64,000 nt of DNA, from assembly GCA_041651235.1 (NCBI GenBank), contig JBAZJQ010000001.1:31673-95672 (forward strand), written 5' to 3'. This DNA is from Candidatus Pacearchaeota archaeon (GTDB taxonomy: Archaea; Nanobdellota; Nanobdellia; Pacearchaeales; GW2011-AR1). Shown here in pieces: positions 58,945 to 64,000 of the stretch (within the stretch, counting starts at the first letter, position 1; each line of letters begins with the position of its first letter). The notes beneath the pieces were generated by a model. The model was not told where the DNA came from. It was given only the letters and a program-made list of their open reading frames with translations, and searched no databases. A program made the translations under genes and the position numbers.

Positions 58945-59337
58945 ATGAGCACAACTTTAACTCAAAGAGCAATGAATCTTGATGAAGTTAAGAGGGTTGT
59001 TGCTGAAGCTCTTTCTGAAGATGTAGAAAACTTAAATGCAAATACTAGAATTGAGAGTATTGTTGGAAGCGAACAGATATTAATTTTGGATTTATTGTGT
59101 AAACTAGGAATTCCTTATGAAGAATACATTCAAGATGGTCAGATGACTGAAACAGGAATAAGCAAACTAAGAGAAGTTTATAGATATATCCTAGAAGAGG
59201 ATAATTATGATACAGATGATTGTGTTAGAATGGGAATATTATCAAATTCTAGAACTGCTAAAGAATTCTTAGGTAAACTAACAATTCAACATTTACAGTA
59301 TATTCAAAATCATAAAACAAGAGAGAGTAAAGCTTAA
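58945..59337 (+). CDS. Acyl-carrier-protein-like protein lacking the canonical Ser
   Basis: DEVKRVVAEALSEDVENLNANTRIESIVGSEQILILDL follows the ACP helix I-loop-helix II pattern. Confidence 0.5.
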   Translation: MSTTLTQRAMNLDEVKRVVAEALSEDVENLNANTRIESIVGSEQILILDLLCKLGIPYEEYIQDGQMTETGISKLREVYRYILEEDNYDTDDCVRMGILSNSRTAKEFLGKLTIQHLQYIQNHKTRESKA

Positions 59338-59383
59338 AAACACTCAAAAATCATTATTATTACTGGAAACATTAAATTTAATA

Positions 59384-59470
59384 TTTATAATCTATTAAAA
59401 CAAACAACAAGACAACTGATGATTAAGCTTAATCAACAGATGCTAAAATGTTTAAATTATAGATTATTAA
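59384..59470 (-). repeat. Dispersed intergenic element, copy 12 (reverse)
   Basis: TTTATAATCTATTAAAACAAACAAC...TGATTAAGCTTAATCA...TAGATTATTAA. Confidence 0.85.
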
Positions 59471-59540
59471 TTAATAACCTGCAAAACTAAGATGTTGTGC
59501 AGATGAGATGATTAAAATAGGGTTGAGTATTACCAAAAAA
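59471..59540 (+). repeat. Dispersed intergenic element, copy 13 (abuts copy 12)
   Basis: TTAATAAC(59471)...GCAGATGA(59499)-GATG-ATTAAAAT. Confidence 0.75.
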
Positions 59541-59572
59541 TCAAATAAATAAAATAATAAAAACTCCCAAAA

Positions 59573-60016
59573 ATGATAGAAAAACTTGAAGGAAAATTTT
59601 CAAAATATGAAGTGGCAAGAATTCTTGGAGCTAGAAGCTTACAGTTAGCAATGGATGCTCCTGTTTTATTGAAATTATCTAAAGAAGAAATGGATGATTT
59701 GAATTATGATTCTCTAAAAATAGCTGAAAAAGAATTAGAAGCTGGAATCTTACCAATTAGTGTAAGAAGACCTTTACCTAAAAAATCTGAAAAAACAGTT
59801 AAGAAATTAACAGAAGAAGAAATCAAAGAAAGATTAGAAAAAGAAAAATCTAAAGAGCAAAAAGAAGTTGAACCTAAAAAAGAAGCAGAAGAAGCAGAAG
59901 CTGGAGAAGAAACAGAAGAAAAGAAAGTTAAAGAAGAAGGGGAAATAATGGAACTTGCTCAGCCAGATGATGAAGTTGAAGTTGAAGAATCTGATAGTGA
60001 TGAAGAAGTGATGTAA
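59573..60016 (+). CDS. rpoK: RNA polymerase subunit Rpo6/K with acidic tail
   Basis: SKYEVARILGARSLQLAMDAP...IAEKEL..GILPISVRR. Confidence 0.93.
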   Translation: MIEKLEGKFSKYEVARILGARSLQLAMDAPVLLKLSKEEMDDLNYDSLKIAEKELEAGILPISVRRPLPKKSEKTVKKLTEEEIKERLEKEKSKEQKEVEPKKEAEEAEAGEETEEKKVKEEGEIMELAQPDDEVEVEESDSDEEVM

Positions 60017-61002
60017 TTTTGATAAGAGTTTTTTATAATTCCTAACTCAGATATTTCTTTTTGAAGAGTTTCTATTCTTTCATTCATTAGATTAATAAGA
60101 TTTATTTCATAAATAGCTTTATCATTACTAAAATGAAGATCTACTCCTTTGGAAGCTAGAATAGCATAATCTAATCCTTTGCAAAAAGGACTTTTTTCAT
60201 TTGCATAATTTACAGCACCAGTAACAATATCTATTGCTTCATCTAATTTAATAGTTCTGTCTAAACTGCTTTCCATACTATGAAAAAATTTAAACTCATC
60301 AGTTCCAAGCCTTTTTCTCATGTATTCTAGAGCATAAATTCCACCACACCCTTTTGCATAATATTGTCTTTGAGTTAATGCTCCTGTTAAAGCAATATCT
60401 AAAAGCAAAGGTGTTGAATTGCCCTTAATATTAAATGTTTTAGAAAAGAGATATTCGCTTAGTTCTGCATTATAATTTCTATCCCACCATGCAAATCTAA
60501 GAATAGAAGTATTCACTTCATGTTTTGTTGCAACAGCCATGTCAAAGATTCTTCTTACTTCAGGAATATACCCTTTTTTTAATGTATTAACTAAATCGTA
60601 TGTAGATTTGTAATGATTTGTGCCATCTTTAATTAATTCTGTAGGTAAATCAAAGGGAAATAATAGCTTAGTTAAAAATTCATCTTGGTTTAAAAAACGA
60701 GGATTATTAAGCAGAAACTTACAGATTTGTTTATTAGCATCATTATCTACTCCTGTATGGGCAAGCAAAGCATCTTTATCTCTTGAAACTTTAATTTTTC
60801 TCCCAAACCCCATTTTAATTTTATCCATTTTACTTTCTTTAAGAAACTTAAAACAATAAGAAAGATTATTAGGATTTTTAGATTGCAGATACCGAAGAAA
60901 TTGGGATGTTGCCAAATGCCCATTAACCTGAAGTCTATCTGCTCCAATAACAACTGCTTTTTCTCCATTAGCAACTGCTTCTAATCCTACAATTACAGTC
61001 AT
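59959..61002 (-). CDS. Divergent Ntn-hydrolase (proteasome beta/HslV-like)
   Basis: M-TVIVGL...VVIGADR, KI, LLAHTG, YYAKGCG, A.DIV..AV..A. Confidence 0.6.
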   Translation of the reverse strand: MTVIVGLEAVANGEKAVVIGADRLQVNGHLATSQFLRYLQSKNPNNLSYCFKFLKESKMDKIKMGFGRKIKVSRDKDALLAHTGVDNDANKQICKFLLNNPRFLNQDEFLTKLLFPFDLPTELIKDGTNHYKSTYDLVNTLKKGYIPEVRRIFDMAVATKHEVNTSILRFAWWDRNYNAELSEYLFSKTFNIKGNSTPLLLDIALTGALTQRQYYAKGCGGIYALEYMRKRLGTDEFKFFHSMESSLDRTIKLDEAIDIVTGAVNYANEKSPFCKGLDYAILASKGVDLHFSNDKAIYEINLINLMNERIETLQKEISELGIIKNSYQNYITSSSLSDSSTSTSSSG

Positions 61003-61083
61003 GGAATCGAAGATAAACAAAGGTTTAAAAATATTTATATTATATTTAACAACCTTTTTATATTAAGAAAACATCTTTCTTTT

Positions 61084-62268
61084 ATGCAAATAAAAAGAGT
61101 TGATGCTAAATCTATTTTAGATTCTAGAAAAGAAAGAACAATTCTTGTTAGGGTTAAAACTGAAAATGGGAATTTTATTACCTCTGCTCCTGCTGGGAAA
61201 TCAACAGGAAAATATGAAATTAAAAGTTATAAGAAAAATTTAAATTCAGATATTAATGAAATAAATAAATTAAAAATCGATAAACTAAATCAGATACTAG
61301 ATAATAAAATAAAAAATTGGGATGAAGCTTCTGTTGTTCTAAGTTTTATTGAAAAATTTATTGGAAATAAAATAGGGGGGAATTCTCTTTTTTGCTTGGA
61401 AGCTTGTTTGTTAAAAGCAATTGCTGCTGCGAATGGAAAAGAACTTTTTGAATTTCTGGGGGGTAAAAAAGTTAGTTTGCGACCTGTTGGAAATACAATT
61501 GGAGGGGGATTGCATTCTTCTGGAATAAATGGAAAAAAACCTGATTTTCAGGAATTTTTATTTATTGGAAATGGAAAAACATTTGCTGAAAGTGTTAAGA
61601 TAAATAAAATTGCATATAAACTCGCTGGAAATATGCTAAAAGCGAAATCAAGAAATGATGAAGGTGCCTGGGAAACTTCATTAGATAACGAGGCTGTTTT
61701 GATTATTATGAACAAAATAAAAGAAAAATTATTGCAGAAAAAATTAAATGTAGATATTGGAATTGATATTGCTAGTTCAAGTTTTTATTCTGAAAATTAT
61801 TCTTATAAAAATCTGCCTGATAAAAAAAATACAAAGGCTCAAATTGATTTTGTAAATTATTTAATTAAAGAATATAATTTGTTTTATGTTGAAGATCCTT
61901 TAAATGAAAATGATTTTTCTGGATTTAGTGAATTAAAAAGAAAAACAAGTTGTTTAGTTGTTGGAGATGATTTAACAACAACAAATCCTTTTAGATTAAT
62001 GAAAGCTATAAAAAATAAAAGCATTAATGCAATTATTGTAAAACCAAATCAGATTGGAAGTTTATTAAAAGTTAAAGAAGTAATTGATTTAGCTAAAAAA
62101 AATAATATTAAAACAATAATTTCTCATCGAAGCGGAGAAACTTCTGATTTTACTATTGCTGATTTAGGTGTTGGTTTTGGATGTGATTTTATTAAAACAG
62201 GAATTTATGGAGCTGTTCGCGAGGCTAAATTAAAAAGAATAATTGAAATTGAGAAGAAGTTGAGATGA
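61084..62268 (+). CDS. eno: Enolase
   Basis: ILDSR, GKSTG.YE, DFQEF, VEDPL, VGDDL, KPNQIG, SHRSGET. Confidence 0.95.
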   Translation: MQIKRVDAKSILDSRKERTILVRVKTENGNFITSAPAGKSTGKYEIKSYKKNLNSDINEINKLKIDKLNQILDNKIKNWDEASVVLSFIEKFIGNKIGGNSLFCLEACLLKAIAAANGKELFEFLGGKKVSLRPVGNTIGGGLHSSGINGKKPDFQEFLFIGNGKTFAESVKINKIAYKLAGNMLKAKSRNDEGAWETSLDNEAVLIIMNKIKEKLLQKKLNVDIGIDIASSSFYSENYSYKNLPDKKNTKAQIDFVNYLIKEYNLFYVEDPLNENDFSGFSELKRKTSCLVVGDDLTTTNPFRLMKAIKNKSINAIIVKPNQIGSLLKVKEVIDLAKKNNIKTIISHRSGETSDFTIADLGVGFGCDFIKTGIYGAVREAKLKRIIEIEKKLR

Positions 62269-62272
62269 ACTT

Positions 62273-62370
62273 TTGATAATATCTAATTTAGAACAATGAA
62301 AAATCTGTTCATTAAAATTTTAATTATATCTCCGGTAAAATGTTTGTCTTAATAAGCTATAAATATTTTT
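62273..62370 (-). repeat. Dispersed intergenic element, copy 14 (reverse)
   Basis: Minus strand TTTATAGCTTATTAAGACAAACATTTT-ACCGGAGA-TATA-ATTAAAATTTTAAT. Confidence 0.75.
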
Positions 62371-62393
62371 AGAATTATAAAATTAGTAGAATT

Positions 62394-63194
62394 TTAATCC
62401 TGCCTCGCATCCTCTAGTTTTCCTGTGAAATCTTCCAAAGATGCATTGAAAGGCATTTTTTTTGCTTTGCAATATTCTCTTGCAAGAATATACAAAATAC
62501 AACCAATTGATTTTTTAGCTTTGTTATTTGCAGGAATTATCTGAGTTATTTCTTTAGTAAAATTATTTGTATCACAAATTGAAATAACTGGTTTCTTTAA
62601 ATTTAAAGTATCTTGCAAAGGATTTTTATCTATCCAAGGATCACAAATTATTGTTAATTCTTTTTCAAAGAAATTTTCTAATTTTAAATTAGTAGTCATT
62701 CCTGGAGGATATTTTTTTGTGAAGACAATGATTCCAGTTACTTCTGAAAATTTTTGTGCTGCTTCCCATCCTGCTTCTCTTTTACAAGCAAGATAAATCT
62801 CTTCAGGAGCATAATTAATCATTAATTTAATTGCTTCTCTTAATTTTTCGTCTATAGCTGCTGTATTGATTACTGCTAATCCATCTGCTCTTCTCTTGTA
62901 AACATATTTTCTCATATGTGGTGTAATTACTTTTGTTCCAAGATGAACTGCACATTTAATATAATCTTCAAGCGGAATTAAAGTTTCTTTTTCAACTTTC
63001 TGACTTTTTACTTCTTCTTCTATTTCTTTTTTAGAAATTTTTTGTGAAACTTCTTCTATTTCTTCATCTGTTAAATCTTCTTGTTTTTTTTGTCTAGGAG
63101 TATCTAAATCTTCATTCATTCTTTCTTCTAATTCTTGTCTTAAAGATTTAACTACAATTTCTTCATTTTTCTTTTTAGTTTTCTTTTCAGCCAT
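62394..63194 (-). CDS. rps2: 30S ribosomal protein S2 (uS2) with charged N-terminal extension
   Basis: VHLGTK...MRKYVYKRRADGL, PG..TN, DP..D, CDTNN, PANNK. Confidence 0.95.
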   Translation of the reverse strand: MAEKKTKKKNEEIVVKSLRQELEERMNEDLDTPRQKKQEDLTDEEIEEVSQKISKKEIEEEVKSQKVEKETLIPLEDYIKCAVHLGTKVITPHMRKYVYKRRADGLAVINTAAIDEKLREAIKLMINYAPEEIYLACKREAGWEAAQKFSEVTGIIVFTKKYPPGMTTNLKLENFFEKELTIICDPWIDKNPLQDTLNLKKPVISICDTNNFTKEITQIIPANNKAKKSIGCILYILAREYCKAKKMPFNASLEDFTGKLEDARQD

Positions 63195-63243
63195 AGGATT
63201 TTATTGAAGAATCGGTTTATAAATGTTTTGAGTTGTTTGATAA

Positions 63244-63738
63244 TTAGTTTTCATTAAGTATTTTAGAGAATAATCTTTCTAAAGAATCATCATTTGCCAT
63301 TTGTATAAATTTGTTGGTTGGTATTGGAAAAAAATCTTTGCCAGACACAGAAGATTTGCATTCTTTAATTCCTGATTCTAAAACTTTAGAGACTGGAATC
63401 CATAACCAAGTTTTATAATCGAAATCTTCATTAGAAATAACAAACCAGACATGTAAGTTAAATTTTCTTTGCAAAAAAGAATATTTTTCAGTTTCTTCAA
63501 AATCAATAGGATATGTTTTGAATTCTTGATTTAATTTTTTATATTTTATATCTACAAATATAAATCCAAAATTAGGAATTAATATCATAAAATCTGGTCT
63601 TTTTCCCGAGAAATCTTTAAATGCAGAAGCAAATGTTTCTTTATCTTGTTGTATATATAAATAAGGAATTTTGTGTTTGTCTAACCATTCTTTAAACTTT
63701 ATTTCAGCTTCTTTTCCTTTTTCGTCTTCTTGACTCAT
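63244..63738 (-). CDS. PD-(D/E)XK nuclease-family protein
   Basis: GKEAE...RPDF...FVDIK. Confidence 0.7.
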   Translation of the reverse strand: MSQEDEKGKEAEIKFKEWLDKHKIPYLYIQQDKETFASAFKDFSGKRPDFMILIPNFGFIFVDIKYKKLNQEFKTYPIDFEETEKYSFLQRKFNLHVWFVISNEDFDYKTWLWIPVSKVLESGIKECKSSVSGKDFFPIPTNKFIQMANDDSLERLFSKILNEN

Positions 63739-64000
63739 GAATTATAAAAATTATTTAGATATTTAATTATTTATATTTTAAAATATATTCTTTTTTCCTC
63801 GGAAAATTGAAATTTTTTAATAAATTTTTTAGCGAAACCTTTAAATACCTTCTTATATCCTAAATTTTATAAAATGTTCAACAAAACATTAACTAGAATG
63901 ATTGCCTTAAATTATTTTTAGGTATGATGTAGGTAACATCTAGTTGTATTTCTGTTAATTCCAAAAACAGTGAAGTTGGGAGGATCAATTTGATTCATAA

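Noticed and set aside
2597..62370. Integron attC cassettes
   Set aside because: No RYYYAAC/GTTRRRY ends, no integrase, and copies flank housekeeping genes in both orientations.
63830..64000. Gene or RNA at the right edge
   Set aside because: A promoter-like GCGAAACCTTTAAATA is present, but only short frames follow; it cannot be called without flanking sequence.
1..64000. tRNA/rRNA genes, transposases, integrases, reverse transcriptase/DGR
   Set aside because: None recognised; the only extended GC-rich non-coding island is the SRP RNA.

Overview
A very AT-rich archaeal chromosomal segment. Gene content and style point to a DPANN archaeon, most likely Pacearchaeota/Woesearchaeota-like (inference). 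It carries an SRP RNA; a type IV pilus locus (several class III signal peptide proteins, a VirB11-type ATPase and two TadC-type proteins) split by a regulator plus ABC-exporter cassette; archease and rtcB; oapABC-like genes; the CCA-adding enzyme; a presenilin-type protease; fttA(aCPSF1)-psmB; a VapBC pair; rad50/mre11; RNase J; the pop5-psmA-SBDS-rrp4/41/42 cluster; rpoK, enolase and rps2; and many Cys-rich surface proteins. The most striking unexplained signal is a dispersed, strictly intergenic, ~90-110 bp imperfectly palindromic element. About 14 copies plus a half copy share boxes at fixed spacing: TT(T/A/G)ATAAT-N19/20-GCWGATGA-N4-ATTAARAT. Other leads are a three-site ATGGA-N7-TCCAT regulon, a short SRP RNA with a non-GNRA helix-8 loop, a divergent Thr1 proteasome-like Ntn protein, a Ser-less ACP-like protein, tiny acidic ORFs and candidate protein-sorting motifs. 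All calls were made by eye; no searches were run.
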